The position numbers and the translations under genes were made by a program. Of a stretch of 64,000 bases of DNA, positions 40,402 to 50,767 are shown piece after piece. The stretch comes from an uncultured Holophagales bacterium (GTDB lineage Bacteria > Acidobacteriota > Thermoanaerobaculia > Multivoradales > UBA5704). The notes under the pieces are model-generated. The model saw only the letters and a program-made list of their open reading frames with translations, did not search any database and had not been told where the DNA came from. The stretch's first letter is position 1. The number at the start of each line of letters is the position of its first letter. The DNA is taken from positions 32,001 to 96,000 of the forward strand of contig CAWJGT010000025.1 of NCBI GenBank assembly GCA_963842525.1. The letters are read 5' to 3'.

Positions 40402-41792
40402 GCCTGCCCGTCTGGCAACGCTTCGAGAAGGAGGTCATCCAGCCGGGCAACTGCACGCACTGCGGCGCCTGCGTGGGCCTCCACCCGGAGCTCCTCCGCT
40501 TCGAGGAGACGGACCGGGGGCCGTTGCCACGCCCCCTGCACCCGCTTTCCGCGGAGGAGGACGCCGCGCTGGTCCGTGCCTGGGCGGTCTGCCCTGGCCG
40601 CGGCGTGCCCTATCCGGATCTCTTTCAATCGATGGGAGCCGAGATTTCGAGCTGGCTTCTCGGCCCCTATCGCCGCCTATGGACCGGCTACGCAGCAGAG
40701 GAGGCAATCCGGCGGCGGGGCGCCTCGGGCGGCGTGATCAGCCGCGTGCTGATCCACCTCCTCGAGAGCGGTCAGGTCGACGGCGCGGTGGTGCTCCGCC
40801 AGGGTGTCCCCACGCCCGAAATCGCGAGCCCGGTGATTACCACGAACCGCGACGAGGTGCTCGCCGCAGCGCAGAGCGTCTATGCCGTGACGCCCGTCCT
40901 GTCGATCCTCCCCGAGATGGAAGCCTTCCCCGGCCGGCTCGCCTTCGTCGGCCTTCCGGACCAGGTCGCCACCCTGCGCATGCTCCAGGCCGCCGGACAC
41001 CCGGCGGCTCAGAAGGTCGTCTTCGTCGCCGGGCCGTACGTGGGGACCAACATGTACAGCGGTGCGGTGCGCGCCTTCTTGCGTGCGCACAGGGTGAAGG
41101 ACGGCGTGCCGATTGCGAAGCTGGAGTGGCGGGCCGGCGAGTGGCCGGGCCATCTGCGGATCGAGACTACGGATGGCCGGGTCTTCACGGCGCACAAGTT
41201 CTATTACAACTACCTGATCCCCTTCTGGATCTCACGGAGCTCGCAGATCACTCCCGATTTCAGCAATGAGCTGACCGACCTGTCGGTGGGGGACGCCTGG
41301 TCGCCGGACCTGGAGAAGGCGGGCGGCGGCCACTCGGTCGTGGTGGCGCGGACCGATCGCGCTGTCGAGCTGCTGGAGGAGATGGCGAGACAGGGGCTGC
41401 TCTCCCTGGAGCCGGTCGCCTTCGAGCGCGCCGCCGCCATGCATGGCCACATGATCGATTTCAAGAAGCGCGGCTCGTTCCTGCGCCTGGAGAAGCAGGA
41501 GCGGCGGGGGCTGCCGGTCCCGGACTTCGGCTATCGGCCGGCCGAGATCCCGCGCGACCGCCGCCTGGCCGAGCGGGTGATCAGCGGATCGTTTGCGCTC
41601 GGCCGGCAGAGCTGGGCGCGCTGGATGGTCGGCCAGCTCCCGATCGGAGTGGTCGGGCCAGCCTTCGACATGCTGCGCAAGCGGTGGAAGGCGGTCTCGA
41701 AGCCGACGAAGCGCCGCGGTCTGGCCGAGGTGCGCTTCGAGGTCCGGCCGAATCCGGAGCGGTGGCGGGAGATCACCGGCGCGGAGGGCTGA
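40398..41792 (+). CDS. FrhB/F420 hydrogenase beta-subunit-like protein with N-terminal ferredoxin motif
   Basis: TTG overlapping the GT2 stop; [29 protein letters not shown]. Confidence 0.8.
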   Translation: MSLPVWQRFEKEVIQPGNCTHCGACVGLHPELLRFEETDRGPLPRPLHPLSAEEDAALVRAWAVCPGRGVPYPDLFQSMGAEISSWLLGPYRRLWTGYAAEEAIRRRGASGGVISRVLIHLLESGQVDGAVVLRQGVPTPEIASPVITTNRDEVLAAAQSVYAVTPVLSILPEMEAFPGRLAFVGLPDQVATLRMLQAAGHPAAQKVVFVAGPYVGTNMYSGAVRAFLRAHRVKDGVPIAKLEWRAGEWPGHLRIETTDGRVFTAHKFYYNYLIPFWISRSSQITPDFSNELTDLSVGDAWSPDLEKAGGGHSVVVARTDRAVELLEEMARQGLLSLEPVAFERAAAMHGHMIDFKKRGSFLRLEKQERRGLPVPDFGYRPAEIPRDRRLAERVISGSFALGRQSWARWMVGQLPIGVVGPAFDMLRKRWKAVSKPTKRRGLAEVRFEVRPNPERWREITGAEG

Positions 41793-41797
41793 GCAGG

Positions 41798-43342
41798 ATG
41801 GATGCGCTAGAAGACGGCCTGCGCCACTACGTCTCCCGCCAGCTCCCGCGGGTCCTCACCCAGATGGACCGTGATCCCGGGTCACCCACCTTCGGCTGCT
41901 TCGACCGGAATTACTGGCATTACAAGATCCGCGACTTCCCGTCCGCCATCCTGCAGCAGGGCGCTTTCGCGGTGGATGCGCTCCGCCGCAGCTCGGAAAG
42001 CCCGGAGATCCTTGTGCGCTGGAGCGCCGGAGCTGTGAATGCGCTCGGCCGGCTGGTGGACAGGACGGGCGGGGTCGATGAGTACTACCCCTTCGAGCGG
42101 AGCTATCCGGCGGCGGCCTTCGGCCTCTGGACTGCGGCCCGGCTGCTGGCGGACTGGCAGGCGTCGGCTCCGCGGCTCGCCGCGGCGGTGGACCCGGAGC
42201 CGCTCCGCCGGCTCGCCGACCACGTGGGGCGGCGCGTCGAGGTCCAGGCCATGAACCAGCAGGCGGCGGGGCTGGCCGGGATCGTTTGGGCGGCGCAGGC
42301 GGGTCTGGCGCCGGACCGCTCGGCCGGGCACGCCGATCGTCTTTTCGCCGCCCAGCATGTGGAGGGGTGGTTCGAAGAGTACGGCGGGCCCGACTTCGGC
42401 TACCTCACCGTGACCCTCGATGCCCTGGCCGACTATCACGACGCCACCGGCGACGAGCGCGCTCTCTCGGCGGCCGATCGCGCGGTGGGCTTCCTGGCCG
42501 CCCTGGTCGGCGCCGACGGCCGGCTCCCCTCGACGCTCAACAGCCGCAACACCGATTACGTCGTCCCCTACGGACTGGCCCGGGCGGCAGCCCGCAACCC
42601 ACTGGCCTCGTGGCTGGTCCACACCCTCTTCCGGGACGCCGCGGACCCTGGGTGCTTCCTCTGGGCGACCGACGACCGCTATCACGCGCACTACATCTAC
42701 GCGAGCTGCGTGCGCAGCCTGGAGCACCTCGGCCGGATGCTCCCGCCCGAGCCGCCACCCGTCCGGACCTCGGTATGGCTCGCCGGATGCGGCTACTGGG
42801 CGCGGTGGCCGGAGGACCGGAGCTGGACCGTCTACGTCGGCGCCCGCAAAGGAGGGCTGGTGCGGGTCCACCGCCGGAATGGCGCGCCGGTGGCCGATTA
42901 TGGCTGGCGGTTGGAGGAGGGCGGTCGTCTATGGAGCACCAACTGGTGGTCGGATGTTTGGACGGCGGAGACAGAGGGGAATTCGATCCGCATCCGCGGT
43001 GCCTGCCAGCGGGTCGGATACCACGTCCCGCGGCCCTGGAAGCACGCCGTGCTCCGGCTTGCCGCCTGGGTCCTGCGGGACCGGCTGGTGCCGCTCTTAA
43101 AGCGCCTGATGATCTTCCGCCCGGGTGGCGCGGTCGGCCCGGCCTTTGAACGGCTTGTCGAGGTGGACGAGCGCGGAGTCCGGGTGACCGATCGTCTCGA
43201 AGTCCCGCCGGGCGCTCGGGCCTGGAGGAGCCCGCGGCAGAACCTTCGTCACGTGGCGAGCGCCGACAGCTTCAGCCCCGAGGAGCTCCACCCGCCAGCG
43301 GGACAGGACACTGAACCAGGGTGGAGGTGGGAGGCGCCTTGA
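41798..43342 (+). CDS. Conserved hypothetical protein (alpha/alpha-barrel-like)
   Basis: DRDPGSPTFGCFDRNYWHYK, EGWFEEYGGPDFGY, SRNT; operonic position. Confidence 0.7.
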   Translation: MDALEDGLRHYVSRQLPRVLTQMDRDPGSPTFGCFDRNYWHYKIRDFPSAILQQGAFAVDALRRSSESPEILVRWSAGAVNALGRLVDRTGGVDEYYPFERSYPAAAFGLWTAARLLADWQASAPRLAAAVDPEPLRRLADHVGRRVEVQAMNQQAAGLAGIVWAAQAGLAPDRSAGHADRLFAAQHVEGWFEEYGGPDFGYLTVTLDALADYHDATGDERALSAADRAVGFLAALVGADGRLPSTLNSRNTDYVVPYGLARAAARNPLASWLVHTLFRDAADPGCFLWATDDRYHAHYIYASCVRSLEHLGRMLPPEPPPVRTSVWLAGCGYWARWPEDRSWTVYVGARKGGLVRVHRRNGAPVADYGWRLEEGGRLWSTNWWSDVWTAETEGNSIRIRGACQRVGYHVPRPWKHAVLRLAAWVLRDRLVPLLKRLMIFRPGGAVGPAFERLVEVDERGVRVTDRLEVPPGARAWRSPRQNLRHVASADSFSPEELHPPAGQDTEPGWRWEAP

Positions 43343-44864
43343 GCCACCGCCTCTCTCTCGCGCTCGTCCTCCTGCTGGCTCTTGCCCTCTTTGCCTACGG
43401 CATCTCCTGGGGGCTGCCGAGCCAACGCGGCTGGGCCGGGGACGAGATCCTCTCCCAGGCCGTGGCGACGGCGGTTGCCAAGGGTTTCTCCCGCGGCTGG
43501 CACACGAAATACCCCCCTTTCCAGTACGTCCTTCTCGCCCTGGTCCAGACCCCGCTGCGGTGGCTGCACGTCTCCCGCGAGACGCTGATGCTCGCGGGCC
43601 GCTGGCTCAGCGTGGTGATGGCCCTGGGCACCGTCTGGTTGATCTACCGGACCGGCCGGGAGGTCTATGGCCGGCGGAGCGCGGTCTTCGCCGGACTGGC
43701 GGCCGCCCTCATGCCCCCGTTCGTCTACTTCGCCAAGACGGCGAACGTCGACGGCCCCTTCCTCCTCTGGGTCGCAGCCTCCTTCCTCTTCTACGTCCGG
43801 ATCTTTGACCGCCATCGCCTGCGCGACTACGTGCTCTTCGCCGTCTGCGCCATGCTCGCGGTCGGCACCAAGGACCAGGCCTATGGGCTCTACGTCCTCT
43901 CGCCGCTGCCGATCCTGGTCTCGCTCCACCGCCACCGGGTTCGCGAGGGCGTGGCCGGGTGGCTCGGGACCCTGCTCGACCGGCGGGTCCTCGCCGCGGC
44001 GGGCGCCGGCGTCCTCGCCTTCGTCCTGGTCTTCCAGATCCCCTGGAACCCGCGGGGATTTCAGCGCCACATCGGCCTCCTCACCGGACAGCAGTCGGAG
44101 GAGGCCCAGGTCTATCCGAACACCCCTCTCGGCCACCTGTGGAACCTCGCCCAGACCGCGAAGCACCTCCAGTTCTCCCTCGGCTGGCCGCTGGTCCTGG
44201 CCGCCGTCGCGGGGGCCGTCCAGACCTTCCGCCGCGGCGCAGACCCGCGGGAGCGCACCCGGTCTCGGCGCCTTGGCCGTGCTCGGGCTGTTCTATTACC
44301 TGACCTTCCTGAGCGTGGTGCTCTTCAGCCGGGACCGCTACGTCCTGCCGCTCTGCCTGCTCCTCGTGCTCTTCGCAGGCAAGGCCCTCGGGAGACCTCG
44401 CAGCGCCGGGCCGCTGGCGTCCCTTGCGGCTTGCCACCGTGGCGGCGGTCGTCCTCTACAGCACGTTGTACGCTCTGAGCGTCGACCTGCGCATGGTGAA
44501 CGATTCGCGCTACGCCGCCGAGCGCTGGCTCCGCGACCGGGCGTCCCTCCCGAAGGAGGCGGTGGCAATCGGCCGGATCAAGCACGCGCCGCGGATCGAG
44601 ACGATCGACTGGCCGCGGGTTTTCCGGAAGGAAGGGCGGATCCTCCAACGACGGGGCCTGCGCTACGTCGTGATCAACGTGACCGACCTGCGGTCCCCCT
44701 GGGAACGGAGAGTCTATGAGCGCCTGCTCGCGGGAGATTTCGGCTACCAGCTCGTCGGTCAGTTTAGATGGCAGTCGCCCTGGGACCTGCTCGACACCCG
44801 GGGGAGCTACACGACGCTGGACATGGTCAACCCGCGGCTGGCGGTGTTCGAGCGCGGGGAGTAG
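43339..44864 (+). CDS. ArnT/PMT-like GT-C glycosyltransferase (frameshifts about 44260-44400)
   Basis: WAGDE loop, KYPPF, TANVD, TKDQAY; multi-TM; continues in the 44424..44864 frame. Confidence 0.75.
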
Positions 44865-44871
44865 GGGGCAG

Positions 44872-46437
44872 CTACAGGCTCTGGCGCATGAAGTGCCAGC
44901 GGAGGTCGCCCTGCATGGGGACGAAGACCTCGGGGTGGATCTTCGGGGCGAAGCGGTGGAGAAGTGAGGAGAGATTCTCGCCGCGGGCGGCGGCTTCGAG
45001 GGCGTCGGCCGCGTCGCTTCCGGCCTTGCTGATGTAGGTCTGCCAGACCGCCTGCCGCACCGAGACCGAGCCCATCGAGACGTTGGGCATGCGGGCGACC
45101 CCCTTCTTGAGGAGGGAGAGCTTCTCCTTGAGGCTCCTCTCGGCGTCCATCGGCTGGCGCTGCCATGGGGTGTACGGCTTCGGCACCAGGACGTTCACGC
45201 CCAGATGGATGTTGCCGATCATCCCTTTCTTGGGCAGCTCTTCCAGCATGATGGCCCGCGCCCTTGCGGCCAGCTCCAGGATGCCCTGGACGTCCTCCAT
45301 GGTCTCGTCCGGCAGGCCGACGATGAAGTAGAGCTTGAGCTGGGTGAAGCCGTGCCGGAAGATGAGGCGGATCTTCTCCAGCAGGAAGGCGTTCGGGATC
45401 GGCTTGCCCATCTTCACCCGCAGCTCGTCGGTGCCGGTCTCCGGGGCCAGGGTGATCGAGCGGTCGCCGGAGGCGTGGAGCGCGTCGAGCACCCCCTCGG
45501 TCACCGCCGGGATGCGGATCGACGAGACCGCGGTGCGGAAGCCGAGCTGGTTCGCCTCCCGCAGGATGCGCTCGATGTCCGGGTGATCGCCGACCGCGGT
45601 GGCGACGAAACCGAGCTGGTCGGTGACCGGCCGCGCCCGCTCCAGCGAAGCGAGGATGTAGTCGGTCGGGTGCCAGCGGAAGCGGCCCATGCCGAAGGTG
45701 GCCCAGCAATAGCGGCACTTCTCGGGGCAGCCGCGGGACATCTCGATCAGGAACTTCTCCGAAAACTCCGTGTGCGGCGTGACGATGCAGGTGGTCGGCA
45801 GATGGCCCGGCTCGAGCATCTGCCCTTCGGAGAGCTCGCGCTTCTCCAACTTGGCCAGCCCGTCGCCGTCCTCCTCGGGCCGGTGGAAGGCAGGGACGTA
45901 GAACCCGCCGCGCGAGGCCAGCCGCTCCAGGACCGCATCGTTCCCTTCCTCTTCCTCCAGCGCCGCGAGAAGGTCGGGCAGGACGTTCTCGGCCGCGCCC
46001 AGGGCGAAGACGTCGACGAATTCGGACATCGGCAGCGGGTTGATGGCCGCGCAGGCGCCGCCCATGACGATCAGCGGGTCCCAGGGGCCGCGGTCGGCGC
46101 GGCGCAGAGGGATGCGCGCACGGTCGAGCATCTGCAGGAGGTCGACGTAGTCCCCCTCGAACGAGACCGAGAAGGCGATGCAGCCGAAATCGTTGAGCGG
46201 CCGGCCCTGCTCCACCGAAACCGGCGTGCCGGAGCCGTCGGTGAAGAAGCGCTCGCACGTCCAGTCGGGCCGCTGGTGGACCAGCTCGTAGACCCGCTGG
46301 AACGCCAGGCTCGACATGGCCACGTGGTAGGTGTTCGCGTACGCCAGCGCGAGCCGGTACTGCCCGTGCTGCGGGAACCGCTCCACGGGCCGCTCGGCGG
46401 CGCGCAACGGAGACCAGTCGTGGGTTGGCTTCTTCAT
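44872..46437 (-). CDS. Radical SAM protein with B12-binding-like N-terminus
   Basis: SRGCPEKCRYC, TLAPETG, KLYFIVGLPDET, PKPYTP. Confidence 0.85.
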   Translation of the reverse strand: MKKPTHDWSPLRAAERPVERFPQHGQYRLALAYANTYHVAMSSLAFQRVYELVHQRPDWTCERFFTDGSGTPVSVEQGRPLNDFGCIAFSVSFEGDYVDLLQMLDRARIPLRRADRGPWDPLIVMGGACAAINPLPMSEFVDVFALGAAENVLPDLLAALEEEEGNDAVLERLASRGGFYVPAFHRPEEDGDGLAKLEKRELSEGQMLEPGHLPTTCIVTPHTEFSEKFLIEMSRGCPEKCRYCWATFGMGRFRWHPTDYILASLERARPVTDQLGFVATAVGDHPDIERILREANQLGFRTAVSSIRIPAVTEGVLDALHASGDRSITLAPETGTDELRVKMGKPIPNAFLLEKIRLIFRHGFTQLKLYFIVGLPDETMEDVQGILELAARARAIMLEELPKKGMIGNIHLGVNVLVPKPYTPWQRQPMDAERSLKEKLSLLKKGVARMPNVSMGSVSVRQAVWQTYISKAGSDAADALEAAARGENLSSLLHRFAPKIHPEVFVPMQGDLRWHFMRQSL

Positions 46438-46441
46438 GCGT

Positions 46442-47011
46442 TCAGTGGGAGAGGTGGCCGGCGGCCCTGACGACCACGCGTACCTCTTTGGCGACTCGCA
46501 ATACAAAGAAACTCGGATCTTTCAGTCCCCATTCCAGGTAGGGGACGGTCAGGTAGGCCGTCGCCCGGGCGCGGTCCCCTTCGACCAGGACGGTCGCCGG
46601 CATGGCGATCGGCCGGCGGGTGCCGTGCATCTCCAGCGCACCATGGAGCTGCACCTCGCTGCGGCCGGCGCGCTGCAGGGCGCCGCTGATCCGCTCGACA
46701 TGGAAGACGATGTCGGGATACCGCCGGCTCTCCAGGATCTTCTCGTGCATTTTCTTGTCGCGCCGGGAGTTGCCGGTCGTTGCGCTGGTGGCGTCGAGGA
46801 CGATCCAGCCGCTGGCCTTGCCCGTCTCCGGGTCGACTTGAACCGTCCCGCTCTCCGCGCGAAGCGAGCCGTTGACGGTATGGAGGGTGGCTCCGAAGGT
46901 CAGCTCGACCTTGGTGCTCTTCGGGTCCAGCTCGAAGGTGAGCGTCTCGGCTGCGAGCGGCAGAGTGGACAAAAGGACGATCAGGAAGCCAAGCGACCTC
47001 GGATGAAGCAT
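46442..47011 (-). CDS. YceI family lipid/polyisoprenoid-binding protein
   Basis: Signal peptide; TGNSRRD, YPDIVF, GALEMHG. Confidence 0.82.
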   Translation of the reverse strand: MLHPRSLGFLIVLLSTLPLAAETLTFELDPKSTKVELTFGATLHTVNGSLRAESGTVQVDPETGKASGWIVLDATSATTGNSRRDKKMHEKILESRRYPDIVFHVERISGALQRAGRSEVQLHGALEMHGTRRPIAMPATVLVEGDRARATAYLTVPYLEWGLKDPSFFVLRVAKEVRVVVRAAGHLSH

Positions 47012-47071
47012 CGGCACTCTCCCGAAAGAAAAAGATGAAGACAACGACCCCTCTCTCGAATTATACGCAGC

Positions 47072-48199
47072 TCAGGCCGCGACAAGACGCCAGGCGAGCT
47101 TGAGGGCCCCGTCCAGGCCCAAACGGCGGGGCGGCAGGATGCGGCCGTGGATGCCGAGGAGCCGGGAGAAGAGCGCCGGCTCGGCGGCCAGGGCGCGGAT
47201 CGCTCGCCGGCGCAGGCGGGGGCGCCGCTCCAGGGCAAGCATAAGAGAAGTGACGGCGTTCGGGAGCCGCTCGATCCGGCGGTGGGCCGCGGCATAGGCC
47301 GCCAAGTCGCCCGTCCGCAGCGCGTCGACCAGGGCCGCCGACTGGTGGAGGGCGATCGCCAGGCCCTCGCCGGTGATCGCGTCCAGATAGCCGGAAGCGT
47401 CTCCGAGCAAGGCCAGGTTGCCGCGGTGGACTGCCCGGACCCGCTGGTGCAGAGGGCCGGCGCCGCGGTCGCGTGAGGTCGGCTGCGCGCCGGCGACCCT
47501 CTCCCGAAGAGCCGGGAAATGATCCAGCAGGGTGTCGAAGTCGCTCGGACGCCCCCTCCGGACACTCCAGAGCATGGCGATCCCGACCTGGTCCGGTCCG
47601 ACCGGCGTCACGTAGGCCTCGCACTCCGGCCCCCAGTAGACCTCGACGAAGTCGCTCCAGGGAGCGAGGGCGTAGTGGCGGCGCACGCCGAAGCGCCGGT
47701 GCGTCCCGGGGCGCGCTTCGAGGCCGGCCCAGCGGCGGACCCGCGAGAGAAGGCCGTCGGCACCCACGATCCAGCGCGCACGGAGCAGCCCCTGGTCGGT
47801 CTCGACTCCCTCGTAAGGAACGCCGCCCGCAAGGCCTCGCGCCGCGACCCCCCAGAAGAGCGAGACGCCAGCCTCCTCGGCGCGGCGGACGAGCGCGGCG
47901 TGGAGGTGGAGGCGCCGGACGCCGAGGCCGGTTGCCTGGGGGAACACCCCCTCGGCCGTCACCTCACCGTCGATGTAGCGGATGCCGCGGAAGGGGTACC
48001 CTTCCCGAGCCCCCAGCTCGACTCCCAGCTCGCGCAGGCGCGCCACGGCATCGGGCATCAATCCCTCGCCGCAGGCCTTGTCGATGGGGGGGTGGGAACG
48101 TTCGAGGACGGCGACCTCCAGTCCGGCGAGGCGGGCGCGGAGCGCGGTGGCGAGACCCGCCGGCCCGCCGCCGACGACCAGGAGGTCCCAGCGGCTCAT
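47072..48199 (-). CDS. FAD-dependent oxidoreductase (geranylgeranyl reductase-like)
   Basis: VVGGGPAG, DKACGEG, GADG, GDASGYLDAITGEG. Confidence 0.88.
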   Translation of the reverse strand: MSRWDLLVVGGGPAGLATALRARLAGLEVAVLERSHPPIDKACGEGLMPDAVARLRELGVELGAREGYPFRGIRYIDGEVTAEGVFPQATGLGVRRLHLHAALVRRAEEAGVSLFWGVAARGLAGGVPYEGVETDQGLLRARWIVGADGLLSRVRRWAGLEARPGTHRRFGVRRHYALAPWSDFVEVYWGPECEAYVTPVGPDQVGIAMLWSVRRGRPSDFDTLLDHFPALRERVAGAQPTSRDRGAGPLHQRVRAVHRGNLALLGDASGYLDAITGEGLAIALHQSAALVDALRTGDLAAYAAAHRRIERLPNAVTSLMLALERRPRLRRRAIRALAAEPALFSRLLGIHGRILPPRRLGLDGALKLAWRLVAA

Positions 48200-49962
48200 C
48201 CCGAGCCGCTCCCCCTGCGGCGGAGGCGGAGCCGGGCGTAGGCGAGCTCGGAGCGGGCCATGGCGCGGGCCATGCGCAACGTGGTCACCGGCTCGGGCGG
48301 CGCCAGCTCGCCGGCGAGGTCGAGGCGGAGGGCCTCCTGCCGCCGCAGCTTGCCGGAGGAGGTGCGGGGGAGCGTACCGGGCGCCAGCACCTCGACCCGG
48401 TCCACGGCCAGGCCGGTCGCGCCGAGCACGGCCTCGCGGCAGGCCGCGGGCAGCGCGGCGAGATCCTGCGGCCGGGCCCGCCGGGCTGCCTCGACGAAAA
48501 GGACCAGCTCCTCCCCCTCGGCGTCCTCCGGCAGCCAGCTCGCCGCGACAGCACAGCCGGTGCGCAGCCCCGGCACGCCCTCGACGGCCCGCTCGATCTC
48601 CTCGGGCGCGTAGTTGCGTCCGCGCAGGAGGACCACGTCCTTGGCGCGGCCGGTCAGGTAGAGCTCTCCTTCGTGGAGGAATCCCAGATCGCCGGTGTCG
48701 AGCCAGCCGTCGCGGAAGGCCCTGGCGGTGGCCTCCGGATCGCCGAGATAGCCCTCCATGAGCGACGGCCCCTGGATCCACACCCGGCCCACCCGGTCCT
48801 CCGGCAGCTCCCGTCCCGCTTCGTCGAGGAGGCGCAGCCGGAAGCCCGGGACGGGGCGTCCCACCGAGACGATCTCGCGTCCCTCCGCCGCCTCGTGCGC
48901 CAAGCCCTCGCGCGACAGCTCCTCGCGATCGAAACGCCCGCTGCGGAACGGCCGGTCGAGGTCCGAGAAGGTGACGGCCAGGGCGGCCTCGGAAAGCCCG
49001 TAGACCGGGGTGAGCGCCTCGGCCCGGAAGCCCCAGCGCGAGAAGCGATCGACGAAGGCGCGCACGACCCCGGGTGCGACCGCCTCGGCGCCGTTGAGCG
49101 CCGTCCGCCAAGCGGAGAGATCGACTCCCTCCATCTCTTCGTCGGAGATTCGATGGACACAAAGGCCGTAGGCGAAGTTGGGTGCCGGCGAGATCGTCCC
49201 GCGGTACCGGGAAAGTGCGCGCAGCCAGAGGGCCGGCCGCACCACGAACAGCTCCGGCCCGAGGAGCGTCAGCTCGGCCTCCCGGGAAAGAGCCGGGAAC
49301 ACGCAGCCGATGAGCCCCATGTCGTGGTAGAGGGGAAGCCAGGAGACGCAGCTCTGGCGTAGCTCGGCTGTGTCGGGCAGGAGGGTGTTGAGGGCCTCCA
49401 CCTGGCCGACGATCGCGCGGTGGCTCAGGGCCACCGGTTTGGGGTCCACCGTGGTACCGGAGGAGAACTGCACCAGGGCGAGGTCGGATGGGGAAGGCCG
49501 CACCGCCTCGACCCCGCCAGACTCGCGCGGGAGCTCGCCCAGGGTGCGGCAGCCGAGCCGTGGGCGCGCCCGAGCCACCGCCTCGCCGAGGATGCGCTTG
49601 ACCCGGGTGTCGGCGAGCACGAGAGGGGCGCGGGTGACCTCGATCATGCGGGCGGTGCGCTGGAAGTACTCGTCCAGCCGGCCGAGCCGCACCGGCGGGT
49701 AGAGCGGCACCGGCACGGCACCGGCGAGGAGGGTGCCGAAAAAGGCCTCGAAGAACTCGGGGCCCGTCGGGAAGACCAGCGCCACCCGGTCTCCTCTCTC
49801 GACGCCGAGGGCGCGTAGGCCGCCGCTCACGGCGAGGGCCCGGTCGCGCAGCTCCGCCCAGCCCATCCAGCGGGCCCGCTCGGCGCGGTCGAGGAACCGC
49901 AGCCCGCCGTCCGGGCGGCCCTCGACCCTCAGGAGATGGTCGACGAGCGTCTCAGCGGCCAA
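48196..49962 (-). CDS. Fatty acyl-AMP ligase
   Basis: QFSSGTT, SWLPLYHDMGLIG, YGLSE, TGDLG, RTSSGK. Confidence 0.9.
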   Translation of the reverse strand: MAAETLVDHLLRVEGRPDGGLRFLDRAERARWMGWAELRDRALAVSGGLRALGVERGDRVALVFPTGPEFFEAFFGTLLAGAVPVPLYPPVRLGRLDEYFQRTARMIEVTRAPLVLADTRVKRILGEAVARARPRLGCRTLGELPRESGGVEAVRPSPSDLALVQFSSGTTVDPKPVALSHRAIVGQVEALNTLLPDTAELRQSCVSWLPLYHDMGLIGCVFPALSREAELTLLGPELFVVRPALWLRALSRYRGTISPAPNFAYGLCVHRISDEEMEGVDLSAWRTALNGAEAVAPGVVRAFVDRFSRWGFRAEALTPVYGLSEAALAVTFSDLDRPFRSGRFDREELSREGLAHEAAEGREIVSVGRPVPGFRLRLLDEAGRELPEDRVGRVWIQGPSLMEGYLGDPEATARAFRDGWLDTGDLGFLHEGELYLTGRAKDVVLLRGRNYAPEEIERAVEGVPGLRTGCAVAASWLPEDAEGEELVLFVEAARRARPQDLAALPAACREAVLGATGLAVDRVEVLAPGTLPRTSSGKLRRQEALRLDLAGELAPPEPVTTLRMARAMARSELAYARLRLRRRGSGSG

Positions 49963-50197
49963 GCTTCCTCCGGACGATCGCGACCAGGTCGCCCACGGTC
50001 TCGATCCCCGCCTCGTCCACCTCGTTGAGAAGGACGCGGAACCGGTTCTCCACCTCGGCCGCCAGGGTCAAAAGGCGGATCGAGTCGAGCCGCAGATCCT
50101 CGACCAGGCGCATCTCCAGGGACAGGGCGCCTTCCCATCCGAGGTGCCGCCGGGCCACTTCGGTAATGCCTGCAAGAATGACCGCCTCGTCGCTCAT
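49952..50197 (-). CDS. Acyl carrier protein
   Basis: EDLRLDSIRLL phosphopantetheine site. Confidence 0.88.
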   Translation of the reverse strand: MSDEAVILAGITEVARRHLGWEGALSLEMRLVEDLRLDSIRLLTLAAEVENRFRVLLNEVDEAGIETVGDLVAIVRRKLGR

Positions 50198-50763
50198 CGT
50201 CCTCCCGGTACCAGCCTTGGCCGATCTGCAAAGACTTCGCCATAGCTGGAGACCCGCGCCAGCGCCGCCTCCTCGGCGCGGATCCGCACCCGCAGGATCC
50301 AGGCGTTCGCCAAACTGAAGACAACCGCCGAGAGCCATGCCGTATGGACCAGGGGGAGGGCCACCATCTCGGTGCAGACGGCCAGGTAGTTGGGGTGGCG
50401 AAGAAACCGGTACGGCCCGCTCTCGATGGGGGGCGCCCCGGGCAGGCAGAGGATGCGGGTGGTCCAGCGCTCCCCCAGGGTGGCCATGACCCACCAGCGG
50501 AGCCCCATGGCCAGCAGGAGGAGCGCCAGCATCGGCCACCCGAGAGCCGGCACGAACGGCCGGCCGAGCATCCAGACCTCAACCGGGCAGGCGATCAGGA
50601 ACGCCGTATGGAGGAGCACCATCCACGGGTAGTGCTCCGCTCCCGCCTCGAACCCGCCCCGGGCGAGGAGCGCCCGCCGGTGCCGCTCCGCGATCCGCAG
50701 CTCGGCCAGCCGCGCCAGGGCGACGGCGGCCACGAGGAGCGTGTAGAGGAGGCGGGTGTCCAT
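50194..50763 (-). CDS. Isoprenylcysteine carboxyl methyltransferase family (SrsB/BpsB-like)
   Basis: HYPWMVLLH, GPYRFLRHPNY, RIRAEE. Confidence 0.88.
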   Translation of the reverse strand: MDTRLLYTLLVAAVALARLAELRIAERHRRALLARGGFEAGAEHYPWMVLLHTAFLIACPVEVWMLGRPFVPALGWPMLALLLLAMGLRWWVMATLGERWTTRILCLPGAPPIESGPYRFLRHPNYLAVCTEMVALPLVHTAWLSAVVFSLANAWILRVRIRAEEAALARVSSYGEVFADRPRLVPGGR

Positions 50764-50767
50764 CTCT

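Noticed and set aside
40398-41792. F420-reducing hydrogenase
   Set aside because: No other hydrogenase subunits; glycosylation context.
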